Shown here piece after piece: positions 1-9,680 of a stretch of DNA of 64,000 bases. The notes under the pieces are model-generated. The model was not told where the DNA came from and did not search any database. It saw only the letters and a list, made by a program, of their open reading frames with translations. A program made the translations under genes and the position numbers. The number at the start of each line of letters is the position of its first letter. Within the stretch, counting starts at the first letter, position 1. Source of the stretch: an uncultured Nitrososphaerota archaeon (GTDB lineage: Archaea > Korarchaeota > Korarchaeia > Korarchaeales > Korarchaeaceae); contig CAZUBM010000012.1 in NCBI GenBank assembly GCA_964618805.1, positions 1 to 64,000 of the forward strand. The letters run 5' to 3'.

Positions 1-658
1 GCTGAAGTAAGATTGCTTTAAGCTCATCTGCATTATATGGGGGGAAATATATCACAGATGGATTAAAGGAACTCCTGGCTCTCTCGTCAAGGCGATCCAA
101 AAAGTTAACTGTATTAGCTATACCAACAACCGTGAGAGAAGTTGTTTCTTCATCCAGTTCTGAGTTTATCCTCGATAAACTATAGAGCAATCTGTTTCCT
201 CTTCTGGATGGGATATCTATCTCATCTAAAATTACAACTAAGCGAATCTTGGATCTTGATAACGCCTCAAAGAACCTATCATAAAGGACATCAAAAGGAA
301 GACCACTAGGAGGTACTAGGATCCCAAAAATCCTGTTCAGCTTGTAAAAAACCCTATATGCAGTGTTTGCCCTAGAACAATTAATATACTCAAATCTAAT
401 AAAACTATTCTTAAATTCAGCCTCTTTCCTAGCTAAAATCTGCTTGACAACAGCTGTTTTTCCGGTTCCAGTCTTTCCAACAAAAAGGATATGCGTAATT
501 GGCTCATTATAATGCAATGGACTCAACAAAGCCTCAAACTCCTCTATCTGAGACTCTCTTCCAGGCAGGGTAGGAGGTAGATAACTATCTCTCAATACTC
601 TTTTATCCCTGAAAATCCTAGAGACAATACTAGGTTGGCCGAAAGGCAGTGTTTCCAT
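1..658 (-). CDS. cdc6: Orc1/Cdc6 replication initiator (runs off window start)
   Basis: Manual translation METLPFGQ..IFRDKRVLRDSYLPPTLPGRESQI..GKTGTGKT (Walker A)..YINC..ILDEID (Walker B)..FPPYNADEL; absent from ORF track because truncated. Confidence 0.93.
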   Translation of the reverse strand, partial: METLPFGQPSIVSRIFRDKRVLRDSYLPPTLPGRESQIEEFEALLSPLHYNEPITHILFVGKTGTGKTAVVKQILARKEAEFKNSFIRFEYINCSRANTAYRVFYKLNRIFGILVPPSGLPFDVLYDRFFEALSRSKIRLVVILDEIDIPSRRGNRLLYSLSRINSELDEETTSLTVVGIANTVNFLDRLDERARSSFNPSVIYFPPYNADELKAILLQ

Positions 659-1007
659 ATGAATCGCCACCTTTTGTAAAAGTATTTTACATTTGAACCT
701 CGAAGGTTCTAGTTAGCTTGGAGCCTTTTGCTTATTAAATTTCGAGATATCTGAATCACGTTAAATAGTCTAAAACTTGTAATGCATTATGTTGATAGAT
801 ATATCTGAGACGTGAAATGATGGTTGTTCCTCTGGAGCAAGTAATATATGAATGTGCCTAGAGAGCTCTATTTCAACTCCAAGATATTTTACGATAATTT
901 CACGCGGACAGGAAGTATAGGATATTAAAAGATAACGAACCAAGGCTTTAGAATTCCAATTACGGACTAGAATGTATGGGCTCACCCTTAGTTTAAAAAT
1001 TGCATGA

Positions 1008-1748
1008 TCATGTTAGCAGCCCACTTTTCTTTAAATAAATGAAGGAACATAATGACAATACGGTATAAAGAACGGCTAAAACATCTTTTTCAGATATTCT
1101 ATATTCCCAATAGCTAGTTCTCTTTCCAGAGCCAAAAGCTCTGCTTTCTAAAGCTTCAGCAAGCTGTTGTGCTCTTCTGATTGCAAGAATTACAAGCGGT
1201 ATAAGAATTGGGATCATGTTTCGGATCCTGGTAAGTAAGTTCCCCTTGCTAAGCTCAAGTCCTCTGGATTCTTGTGCTGCAATTATGTTTTGAGCATCTT
1301 CTGCTAAAACTGGGATGAATCTAAGCGCCATTACGAACGAGTAGGATATGTATGGAGGAAAACCCAAGTTGCCCAAAAGGTCGCCTATCTCGGTGGCATC
1401 AGTTGAAGCGAAGAAAACGGCTGACAGAATGAGCATTGAGATTAACCTCATTCCCATTGCGACTGAAAATCCTATTTCTCTACTGAATAAGTAATTTGTT
1501 AGGATTATTATTATCAAAAAGAACAAGGAACCTTTAATGAGCTTGCCAACTTCGACAATGGACTTTGAAAGAATCATGAGAGGGATGATAATGGCTAAGG
1601 ACAATAGTTCGCCCATCAAGCTCCTGAACATCAGCGGAGCAATTAAAAGACCTCCTATCATAAGAACTCTTATTCCTGGATGGAGTCTCGACAACAAAGA
1701 GGCTTCGATCCTTGGTCTAAATGCTTCAAGAAAAGCAAATGGATCCAT
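1008..1748 (-). CDS. ecfT: ECF transporter transmembrane (T) component
   Basis: Hydrophobic; ALRFIP, AQESRG and ALESRAF motifs; follows two ECF ATPases. Confidence 0.9.
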   Translation of the reverse strand: MDPFAFLEAFRPRIEASLLSRLHPGIRVLMIGGLLIAPLMFRSLMGELLSLAIIIPLMILSKSIVEVGKLIKGSLFFLIIIILTNYLFSREIGFSVAMGMRLISMLILSAVFFASTDATEIGDLLGNLGFPPYISYSFVMALRFIPVLAEDAQNIIAAQESRGLELSKGNLLTRIRNMIPILIPLVILAIRRAQQLAEALESRAFGSGKRTSYWEYRISEKDVLAVLYTVLSLCSFIYLKKSGLLT

Positions 1749-2572
1749 TAGCCTCGAACCCTCCTAAATAATTCTTCTGCTATTTCAGGTGGATCCATTA
1801 CTCTCCTTATGTTCAGTAATTTGGAAATCTTTAGGGTTAGAGGGGGTTCGATCCTAACAGACCTTAATAGATCGTTATTGGTGAGGACTTCATTGAATTC
1901 TCCTGAGGCGATTATCACCCCTTCTTTCATCAGATAGACGTAATCGGGTTTAAGATCCAATAACCAATCTATATCATGAGTAACTACGATGATTCCATGC
2001 CCTTGAGACTTGAGTTGGTTGAGCAATGAGACAAATGATGCCTTGAACGAAGCATCTTGGCCAATAGTAGGCTCGTCAAACGCTATATACTTCGGTTTCG
2101 TTGAAATAACCGAAGCTATCGATAGTTTCTTCATCTCCCCCCCGCTGAGGGTCCAAGGTGGGACGTCCTTGTATAATAAAAGGCCTGTAACCTCAAGGGC
2201 CCACCTTCCCATCTCCAATATCTGATTCTCTGAATATCCAAGGTTTTTAGGACCAAATATCACTTCTTGCCACACAGTTTCTGAGAATATTTGATGAGCT
2301 GGATTTTGAAAGACCAAACCAACGTGTCTCGCGAGTTCTGCTACACTAGCTTCCCTGGTATCGATGCCATCAACGATCACCCTTCCCTTAAACTCTCCCT
2401 TGTAGAAATGAGGGATCAAACCGTTTAGTAGCCTGAGCAGGGTTGACTTCCCAGCACCATTTGGTCCTACTATAGCATATATTTTGTTTGGCTCAAATAG
2501 AGAGCTTATATCTTGTAAAGCAGCCTTACTCGAGCCTCTATATGTATAACTGACTTTATGAACCTCTATCAA
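1748..2572 (-). CDS. ecfA2: ECF transporter ATPase (second)
   Basis: GPNGAGKST, VFQNP, LSGGE, FDEPT; start placed at TTG 2572 behind AGGTG SD (ORF track start 2611). Confidence 0.88.
   Translation of the reverse strand: MIEVHKVSYTYRGSSKAALQDISSLFEPNKIYAIVGPNGAGKSTLLRLLNGLIPHFYKGEFKGRVIVDGIDTREASVAELARHVGLVFQNPAHQIFSETVWQEVIFGPKNLGYSENQILEMGRWALEVTGLLLYKDVPPWTLSGGEMKKLSIASVISTKPKYIAFDEPTIGQDASFKASFVSLLNQLKSQGHGIIVVTHDIDWLLDLKPDYVYLMKEGVIIASGEFNEVLTNNDLLRSVRIEPPLTLKISKLLNIRRVMDPPEIAEELFRRVRG
2299..2458. repeat. 160-bp exact direct repeat, copy 1 (in ecfA2)
   Basis: Identical base by base to 3131-3290. Confidence 0.95.
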
Positions 2573-3410
2573 TGAAGCCACCTGAAATTCTTTCCAAAAA
2601 CAGATTTTCATCCAAAGTAGGCTTTATCCAGTCTATATCTCTCTTCTTTAGCTCGTTCCAGATTTCAGCAGTTCTAGGAGGTTTTATCCTACAGTCTTTG
2701 AGAAGCTTTATGTCGTACAGCAGCTCGTTTGGGGATCCATCCTTAGCAATCATTCCTTCTTTCATTATTACAACTCTTGTGGCAAACTTTGCCAACAGTT
2801 CTGCCCTGTGCTCCGCTATTATTATGGTCTTGCCCCTGTCATGGAGATCTTTGATGAGGTTTATCAGAACTTGAGAGTTGTATGGATCCAATTCCGATGT
2901 GGGTTCATCCAAAACGAGGAACTTTGGCTCCATTACGAGTACCGAGGCCAAGGCCACTAAATGCTTTTCTCCCCCTGAGATGTTGTATAACGGTCTATCC
3001 TTTAGATGAGCTATCTTTAGCGTATTTAGATAGCTCATCACCCTTTTTCTCATCTCCTCCCTTGAAACACCAAGATTTTCAAGCCCAAATGCGATCTCCC
3101 TTTCAACTGTGAGGGCAACAAGTTGGTTATCTGGATTTTGAAAGACCAAACCAACGTGTCTCGCGAGTTCTGCTACACTAGCTTCCCTGGTATCGATGCC
3201 ATCAACGATCACCCTTCCCTTAAACTCTCCCTTGTAGAAATGAGGGATCAAACCGTTTAGTAGCCTGAGCAGGGTTGACTTCCCAGCACCGGTTGCTCCC
3301 AAGATAAGGACAAATTCGCCATCCCTAAACTCGAGATTGAGGTCTCTAACTGCGTTTTCTTGGCGACCTTCGTATCTAAAACTCACGTTCTGTATCTCGA
3401 TGACTTGCAT
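2556..3410 (-). CDS. ecfA1: ECF transporter ATPase (first)
   Basis: GATGAGKST, FQNPDNQ, ISGGE, LDEPT. Confidence 0.9.
   Translation of the reverse strand: MQVIEIQNVSFRYEGRQENAVRDLNLEFRDGEFVLILGATGAGKSTLLRLLNGLIPHFYKGEFKGRVIVDGIDTREASVAELARHVGLVFQNPDNQLVALTVEREIAFGLENLGVSREEMRKRVMSYLNTLKIAHLKDRPLYNISGGEKHLVALASVLVMEPKFLVLDEPTSELDPYNSQVLINLIKDLHDRGKTIIIAEHRAELLAKFATRVVIMKEGMIAKDGSPNELLYDIKLLKDCRIKPPRTAEIWNELKKRDIDWIKPTLDENLFLERISGGFIDRGS
3131..3290. repeat. 160-bp exact direct repeat, copy 2 (in ecfA1)
   Basis: Identical base by base to 2299-2458. Confidence 0.95.
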
Positions 3411-3479
3411 TCAGTTATCGACAAGATAACTGATATCAAAAATTTTAATATCATGAAATCTTTCATCGTCAAGATTCAG

Positions 3480-4157
3480 ATGCCAGCAAAAAGAAGAAAA
3501 GGAACGAAAAAATGGTACGAGGTCTACGCTGCAGACGTAATACCTGGAGAATGGATAGGCGATGCTCTCGCTTCAGATCCAGAAGCTCTCATAGGTAGGC
3601 AGGTCGAAGTTACCCTCAGGGATATCACAAATGACTTCGATCATGAGAAGTACAAACTCTGGTTCAGGATCTACAGAGTAGATGGTACAAGGACTTACGC
3701 TAAGTTTGCAAAGGAGATGCTGAACTATGATTATGTGAGATCCCTTGTTCAAAGAAGAAGCAGTAGAATCGATGTTATGACACAAGGAATGACTAAGGAC
3801 GGTCATTTTGTTAGAATATTCAATCTCATAATTACTTCCGTAAGAGTTAGGCACAGCCAAGAGAGGGCTATCAGAAAAAGAGTCTACGAGTATATGCAGA
3901 AAATAATTGGTGAACTGACCTTGGAGGAACTGGTGAGAGCGGCTCTTTTAGGAGACCCTTTTGATCTAAACGGTGAAGTTAAGAAGATAGCAACGAAGAT
4001 AGCTCCCATTAAGAATGCAGATGTAAGGAAGATAGTTCTTCTGAAAGCAGGTGAGGCTCAACCAGAAATGGAGAGGGTGATTGCAAAGATTGAAGGTGTC
4101 CCTGTTAGCGGCGGGGAAGGGGAAGAGACTAAGACCCCTGACATACCTGTATCCTAA
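3480..4157 (+). CDS. rps3ae: 30S ribosomal protein S3Ae (eS1)
   Basis: KKWYEVYA, GRQVEVTLRDIT, DYVRSLVQRRSSRID; ATG 3480. Confidence 0.93.
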   Translation: MPAKRRKGTKKWYEVYAADVIPGEWIGDALASDPEALIGRQVEVTLRDITNDFDHEKYKLWFRIYRVDGTRTYAKFAKEMLNYDYVRSLVQRRSSRIDVMTQGMTKDGHFVRIFNLIITSVRVRHSQERAIRKRVYEYMQKIIGELTLEELVRAALLGDPFDLNGEVKKIATKIAPIKNADVRKIVLLKAGEAQPEMERVIAKIEGVPVSGGEGEETKTPDIPVS

Positions 4158-5211
4158 GCCAACCATTCCCCTGGCTGGAATCTCTCTACTCGAGTACTAT
4201 CTCTTACTACTTTCTCGATTGGGTGTGGATGAGATTAAGATTGTTGTAGGCCATTTAAGCAATAAGATAGTGCGGCACGTGAAATCAAGTAAAGTTCCAT
4301 CACTTAGGTTGGATTTCATAAATCAATCAGAACAGTTGGGAACAGGACATGCAGTTTCCCTCCTAAGGGAAAGTGTTGGAGAGGAGAGCTTTCTTCTCAT
4401 ATATTCTGATGTTTTCATAAGGGCAGAAGATCTTAAGAGGCTCCTACAAACTGGTTTAAGTTCAGAATTTGATCACGTAGTTGCTGTAGCTAGGGTAGAT
4501 GAACCATGGAAATTTGGCGTAGTTTTGGAGGAATCCGGTCTATTAAAAGGGATAATTGAGAAGCCACCTAAGGGAACGGAGCCAAGCAATAAGGTGATAG
4601 CCGGAGCATTTTATTTCAACAGTTCAATTTTCTCGTACATAGAGGAGCTTTCAAAATCTCCAAGAGGAGAATATGAGCTAACCGACGCTATTCAAGAAGC
4701 TGCAAGAAGAGGGGAAAGAGTAGGAGTCCTTGACCTTAGAGGGGGATGGACGGATGCTGGCACTTTTTCTAATCTATTGGAGGCGTCACAACTTCTTTTT
4801 CAGGAGTTGGCAAGCGAAAAGCTTTACCTAGATCTTAAATTGCCGTATCGCGAAGGAATGTTTGGACCGGGCATTAGAGAGTTGTATCCTGAAGTAAGCA
4901 TGGAAGGCCCAGTTTTCATAGGCGAGAACGTTAAGATCGGAAGAGGATCCATAATAGGCCCTTATACAGTGTTGTATAGGGACATTGTGATAGAAGAAGG
5001 ATCGAGGATCTCAAATTCGATAATATTGAGGGAAGTTAGTGTGAAAAGAGGATCCATTATAGAGGGAAGCATAATTGGAGACAGATGTTACATAGGTAAA
5101 GAGGTTAGGCTAAAAAGAAAGCCGAAAAAGGGGGAGTTTGGCATGGTCTTAGGAAAAGCAGTTCACATAGATGATTTCACCGAAGTAAGCCCAGGGACCG
5201 TATGGGCTTAG
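4081..5211 (+). CDS. Sugar-phosphate nucleotidyltransferase with C-terminal hexapeptide repeats
   Basis: LAAGKGKRLRPLT..PKP, QLGTGHA, EKP, SPRGEYELTDA, LbH-like tail. Confidence 0.88.
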   Translation: MQRLKVSLLAAGKGKRLRPLTYLYPKPTIPLAGISLLEYYLLLLSRLGVDEIKIVVGHLSNKIVRHVKSSKVPSLRLDFINQSEQLGTGHAVSLLRESVGEESFLLIYSDVFIRAEDLKRLLQTGLSSEFDHVVAVARVDEPWKFGVVLEESGLLKGIIEKPPKGTEPSNKVIAGAFYFNSSIFSYIEELSKSPRGEYELTDAIQEAARRGERVGVLDLRGGWTDAGTFSNLLEASQLLFQELASEKLYLDLKLPYREGMFGPGIRELYPEVSMEGPVFIGENVKIGRGSIIGPYTVLYRDIVIEEGSRISNSIILREVSVKRGSIIEGSIIGDRCYIGKEVRLKRKPKKGEFGMVLGKAVHIDDFTEVSPGTVWA

Positions 5212-5229
5212 TAACATACCTCTTGAAAA

Positions 5230-6429
5230 TTAGCGTCTAGTAAGGATCCTTATGATATCCCTGTGTTTAGGGCAATAAGAAAGACTTATTCTTACCCTGT
5301 TCCTGACATCTAACCCAGCAATTGCCTTCTCAGCTATCTCAGTGTGGACTGCTGCTGCAATATCCCTTACCTCAGCATCTTCAGGCAATAAAAAGACATC
5401 AGGCAATATCCTTCCATCTTTATCCGAGAGCTTTGTCTCGTTTTCAACGGGAAAAATGGCTTTGTAGCGAGCCATATCGAAAAAGCTCTTGTCAAGTGCC
5501 TCTTGAACACCTGTGGATCCATAAATATCAAGAACTCTCTCCTGAATCAATTTCAACGCTTTAATCTGTGATTCAGCTAATTTGCTTTCATCTATTATTT
5601 CAAATCCACTATCTCCAGGCTCATACCTTATTAGACCAGCTGAGGCAGCTCTTCTGAGTATAAGCTCTGCTTCCGCAGATGTTGGGATTACAGGTTCGTT
5701 GAGGTTGGCCTTCAGGTGATCTAGATTCTCTTCGCTCCCGGGAACATCTATTTTATTTGCTGCAATAAGCATGGGCTTAGTTTTCTCCCTAAGGAGCGAG
5801 GAAAAGGAGAAAAGTTGATCCTCCGACCAGCTAGCTATGCGACCAAGATCTAGATCGAGTTCCTTAGCAGCTATGGAAACATGCTCCTTAGTTATACCAA
5901 GTCCGGATAGAACGCTTGCAAGGACTTCTCCTGGCTTCTCCTTTGTAATTTCTATCTTTCTTCGGATACCGGCCATATTACGTTGTATTATTCCCTTTAG
6001 CCAATGGGCAAACTCTTCCTTCACGAGAACGGCATCACGCAACGGATCATAGGATCCAGGTTTTGTAGGCCTTCCTTCCTCATCCGTTGCTCCAGATGCA
6101 TCTACTATCAAAATATGGACATTAGCCTTTCTCAAATCATCTAAAAACTTATTTCCAAGACCTCTCCCTAAATGGGCACCAGGAACGAGGCCAGCAACAT
6201 CTAAGAGCTTGACAGGGACGTACCTATACCTTCCATTGCACCATCCAAACCTTGGCTCGCATCGTATGCCAAACTCGCTGCAAACGGATTTTACTCTTAC
6301 ATAACCCACTCCTTCATTTGGTTTTATTGTAACAAAGGGCCTATCCCCTATCTCAGCTTCAACCAGAGTTGCAGCTGAAAAGAACGTCGTTTTACCGACA
6401 TTGGTCTTTCCAACTATGCCTATCAGCAT
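5230..6429 (-). CDS. ychF: Obg-family ATPase/GTPase YchF
   Basis: GKTNVGKTT, PFVTIKPN, DVAGLVPGAHLGRGLGNKFLDD, ANKID, TGS domain. Confidence 0.92.
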   Translation of the reverse strand: MLIGIVGKTNVGKTTFFSAATLVEAEIGDRPFVTIKPNEGVGYVRVKSVCSEFGIRCEPRFGWCNGRYRYVPVKLLDVAGLVPGAHLGRGLGNKFLDDLRKANVHILIVDASGATDEEGRPTKPGSYDPLRDAVLVKEEFAHWLKGIIQRNMAGIRRKIEITKEKPGEVLASVLSGLGITKEHVSIAAKELDLDLGRIASWSEDQLFSFSSLLREKTKPMLIAANKIDVPGSEENLDHLKANLNEPVIPTSAEAELILRRAASAGLIRYEPGDSGFEIIDESKLAESQIKALKLIQERVLDIYGSTGVQEALDKSFFDMARYKAIFPVENETKLSDKDGRILPDVFLLPEDAEVRDIAAAVHTEIAEKAIAGLDVRNRVRISLSYCPKHRDIIRILTRR

Positions 6430-6532
6430 CTTTCAATGAACTTATCACCACATTAATTTTAATCGCATTGCCAAGACCACCTGTTTAAAACTTATCTTAA
6501 AGGAGAGATCTTCTAGACAAGAATTAAAAGAG

Positions 6533-6637
6533 GAGATAAGAGATATAGCTCTTTTGCTTGCAAAGGAGCTTAGTAATGCTCTAAGGTCTGAGCTTAAGAA
6601 GGCAAGGGATAATTAAACTTCCCTTTCCCTCTTTTTT
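6533..6637 (+). repeat. Dispersed repeat / start-less ORF remnant homologous to 27831-28163
   Basis: Encodes EIRDIALLLAKELSNALR vs EIRDIAVILARELSNALR; both copies followed by identical CCTTTCCCTCTTTTTT. Confidence 0.7.
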
Positions 6638-6764
6638 GAATCTATAATAATCTTACTCGGAATTATACAGTGGAGGAATTAAAGACCGATGACCAGGACA
6701 TATCCATTAATTTTAAATCGGGGGCTTCGTAACGAACAAGGAAACATGTGGGTGGGATGAGACA

Positions 6765-7358
6765 TTGCAAGCCATTGGAAGATACTACGAGAAATTGATC
6801 TGGCGAAAGAGAAAAGAGCTTCCTGAGCTTGTCAAGCTTTGGCAGGAGAGATTAGTGAAATGGCGTCGCCAACCGGCAGTTGTAAGGGTGGAAAGACCAA
6901 CTCGGCCTGACAGAGCTAGGGAGCTAGGCTACAAGGCTAAACAAGGGTTTGTGATAGCCAGGGTAAGGGTTAGGAGGGGAGGAAGGAGGAAACCAAGGCC
7001 AAGATCCGGGAGGAAGCCTGGTAGCATGGGAGTGAAGAAGATAACTCCAGCTAAGAGCTTGAGAAGGATAGCTGAGGAGAGATGCGCCAGGAAGTTCCCA
7101 AACCTCGAGGTCCTAAACTCTTACTACGTTGCTGAAGACGGTAAGTACAAGTGGTATGAGGTAATTTTGGTAGATCCTAACCATCCAGCTGTGAAATCTG
7201 ATCCTACAATCAACTGGATCACAAAGCCTGTACACAAAGGAAGGGTGTTTAGAGGACTTACAAGCGCAGGAAAGAAATCAAGAGGCCTTAGAAAGAGGAG
7301 AGGACTGCCTGAATGGGTAAAAAGGTTTAAACGTAAGTTTAAGAGGCTAAGTAGTTGA
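6765..7358 (+). CDS. rpl15e: 50S ribosomal protein L15e
   Basis: [36 protein letters not shown]. Confidence 0.97.
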   Translation: MQAIGRYYEKLIWRKRKELPELVKLWQERLVKWRRQPAVVRVERPTRPDRARELGYKAKQGFVIARVRVRRGGRRKPRPRSGRKPGSMGVKKITPAKSLRRIAEERCARKFPNLEVLNSYYVAEDGKYKWYEVILVDPNHPAVKSDPTINWITKPVHKGRVFRGLTSAGKKSRGLRKRRGLPEWVKRFKRKFKRLSS

Positions 7359-7822
7359 GGAAGAAGGGATTATGTGTAATTTCCGCTTTACTTGAGATGT
7401 TTATTTATCCTACGGAGGATAAAGAGAAGGCTTTGGCTGCGTTGATCAAATTAGTGCCTCAAGAAGTTAGGGATAGGCTCTTAATTGAAAGGACTTCTTT
7501 TAAGAGTCATTATGGCTATTCTTTGGAAAAGGCGACCATCAAACTATCTGATAAGGAAGCAGCAGCTTTCGCAAAGTATTTGGAAGAGTTGCTTGATGAT
7601 TCATCAGTTATGAAGATCAATCAAACGCTTGAAACTCGAACTGACGATAGGAACTTATATCTAAGGGTTAGCAAGCAGGAGGCCTATGAAGGCAGGATTA
7701 GGTTGTATGATAAGGATCCTGGAGGGCAGATAAGGATTAGGATAACGTATTCATCAAGCTACCTGCCGAAAGGGGGACTGGTAAGAGCTATTAGGGAGAA
7801 GGGGATTGGAATCTCCGAATGA
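7355..7822 (+). CDS. RNA-binding protein of exosome superoperon (COG1325-like)
   Basis: [20 protein letters not shown]; position after rpl15e. Confidence 0.8.
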   Translation: MRKKGLCVISALLEMFIYPTEDKEKALAALIKLVPQEVRDRLLIERTSFKSHYGYSLEKATIKLSDKEAAAFAKYLEELLDDSSVMKINQTLETRTDDRNLYLRVSKQEAYEGRIRLYDKDPGGQIRIRITYSSSYLPKGGLVRAIREKGIGISE

Positions 7823-8481
7823 GAAAATATGTGGATCTAAAAGTATGGAGCTCCACATTAAACGACGATGAGCTGAGATCTGTTGTTCAAATAGGAGCTG
7901 AGATGGGTTTTTGGGCATTAGGCTTTGCATGCCATCCTGAAGAGTTGGATAGGACCCAAAAAATAGTGAGAAAGCTGGTATCTGAGGGACATAGGGTATT
8001 TACTTCCCTTGAAATCGAGCTAAAAGACCCTAAAATATTGAGAATCTTACCAAAACTATCTAAGAAAGCCATTTTCCTTTCAATAATTCCTCTATCTTTA
8101 GAAATGGCTCGTAAAGCGGTCAAACTAAGGGCAAACTCTATAATCCTTCCAGTTAATAGAAACAGGCTGATATTTGATTCAGTATGCGCAAAAGAGCTGT
8201 CAAGACGAGAAGGAACGATAGAAATCCATTTAGTTGATTTGCTAAGATCTGGAAGGAGGCTCTTGAGAGCTCTTAAAATGATAAGACTCGAAATCGAGAT
8301 AGCCAGGAAATATGGCATTCCTATAATAGCTTCAAGTGGAGCTACTAGAAGTGCTGAGCTTTTAGATCCAATTCTAATGGCCTCAATCTCAGAAACCTTG
8401 CTTAAAATCTCAAGAGAAGCGGCTTTGAACTCGATTAGCGACTATCCTTGCTCGTTGCTCGAGAAGGGAGGGCTGATTTGA
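7819..8481 (+). CDS. rnp3: RNase P protein Rpp30
   Basis: PIIASSGA..ELLDP, EAALNSISDYP; operon context. Confidence 0.82.
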   Translation: MRKYVDLKVWSSTLNDDELRSVVQIGAEMGFWALGFACHPEELDRTQKIVRKLVSEGHRVFTSLEIELKDPKILRILPKLSKKAIFLSIIPLSLEMARKAVKLRANSIILPVNRNRLIFDSVCAKELSRREGTIEIHLVDLLRSGRRLLRALKMIRLEIEIARKYGIPIIASSGATRSAELLDPILMASISETLLKISREAALNSISDYPCSLLEKGGLI

Positions 8482-8482
8482 G

Positions 8483-8818
8483 ATGAGGGCTAAAATCCCA
8501 ATAGGTCTGATTCCCCCAAAGAGGTACGTAGTGCTGGAAATTAGAGGAGAGCTTGATGCACATCAGCTAATAAGCATAGCAATGAGAGCTATGCAAGAAT
8601 TATACGGAGTTTTGGGCGCCTCCGAACTTAAAATAGCACTGAAATATTACAAGGAGGGAGAGGCCATTATAGAGACAACCAACAGAGATCTGCCAAAAAT
8701 CTTGACAGCTCTAGTGTTTGGTCTCTTCAAATCAGGATTAGACGTTCAATTAAGGATTAAGGGAGTGCATGGCACGATAAAAAAGTGTTTTCAAACGTTA
8801 AAAAGACAAGACCATTAG
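8483..8818 (+). CDS. rnp2: RNase P protein Pop5
   Basis: KRYVV..LYGVLGAS..GVHGTIKK. Confidence 0.8.
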   Translation: MRAKIPIGLIPPKRYVVLEIRGELDAHQLISIAMRAMQELYGVLGASELKIALKYYKEGEAIIETTNRDLPKILTALVFGLFKSGLDVQLRIKGVHGTIKKCFQTLKRQDH

Positions 8819-8921
8819 TTAAGAGAAGCTAGTGTCTAATGGACCTTTTATTTTTGAACCACCTTAATGAAGTGAGCCCTTTTATTCAGCATGGATGAGG
8901 GATTCTGGTCGGGTGTAATAT

Positions 8922-9650
8922 ATGTTTCCTAATACAATAAGAGCTTATGATCGAGCTATTACCGTGTTCAGCCCTGACGGGCGCCTATTACAAGTAGAAT
9001 ATGCTTTAACTGCGACTAGGAGGACACCACTCGCTTTGGGCGCTAAATGTGTTGAAGGAGTGGTGCTTATGGCGAAAAGGCCTGGCTCTCCGCTCTTGTC
9101 ACTTCCAGGCAAGATCTACAAAATAGATGACCACATAGGTGCAATCGCAGCTGGCCTAGTTGGCGATGGATTGGTCCTAGTTGACAAGGGAAGGATAGAG
9201 GCTCAATCTCACCGCCTAATCTACAATGAGCCAATTACAGTCGAAAATCTTGCAAGAAGAATCGCTCTCTTCAAGCAATCTTACACCCAATATGCTGGTG
9301 TTAGGCCTTTTGGTGTTGTCATGATCTTCGGAGGGATAGATGATAAGCCGAGCCTTTACGTTACTCATCCTGGAGGTGCTTACTTCAGCTACTTGGCAGT
9401 AGCTATGGGGAGAGGAAGCGATGAGGTTAATGAGTTCCTAAGGAAGAATTACAAGGAAGACATAAGCTTAAATGAGGCAACAAAGCTCCTTATGAAGCAG
9501 ATGATAAGAACAAGTGAGGAAAAACTCACTCCTAGGGACATCGAGGTAGCAATAGTCCCGATTGAAACTAAGGAGTTTAGGTTCTTAACTGAAGAGGAAA
9601 TCAGGAAGTTCTTGGAGGAGGCTCAATCGGAGCTAAAGAAGGAAGGGTAG
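8922..9650 (+). CDS. psmA: Proteasome alpha subunit
   Basis: AYDRAITVFSPDGRLLQVEYA, TQYAGVRPFGV. Confidence 0.97.
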   Translation: MFPNTIRAYDRAITVFSPDGRLLQVEYALTATRRTPLALGAKCVEGVVLMAKRPGSPLLSLPGKIYKIDDHIGAIAAGLVGDGLVLVDKGRIEAQSHRLIYNEPITVENLARRIALFKQSYTQYAGVRPFGVVMIFGGIDDKPSLYVTHPGGAYFSYLAVAMGRGSDEVNEFLRKNYKEDISLNEATKLLMKQMIRTSEEKLTPRDIEVAIVPIETKEFRFLTEEEIRKFLEEAQSELKKEG

Positions 9651-9680
9651 GGCAGCTCAGATATAAAGGGAGGAAAAATC

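Noticed and set aside
770-985. 71-aa ORF upstream of cdc6
   Set aside because: No motifs; AT-rich intergenic or origin-like DNA
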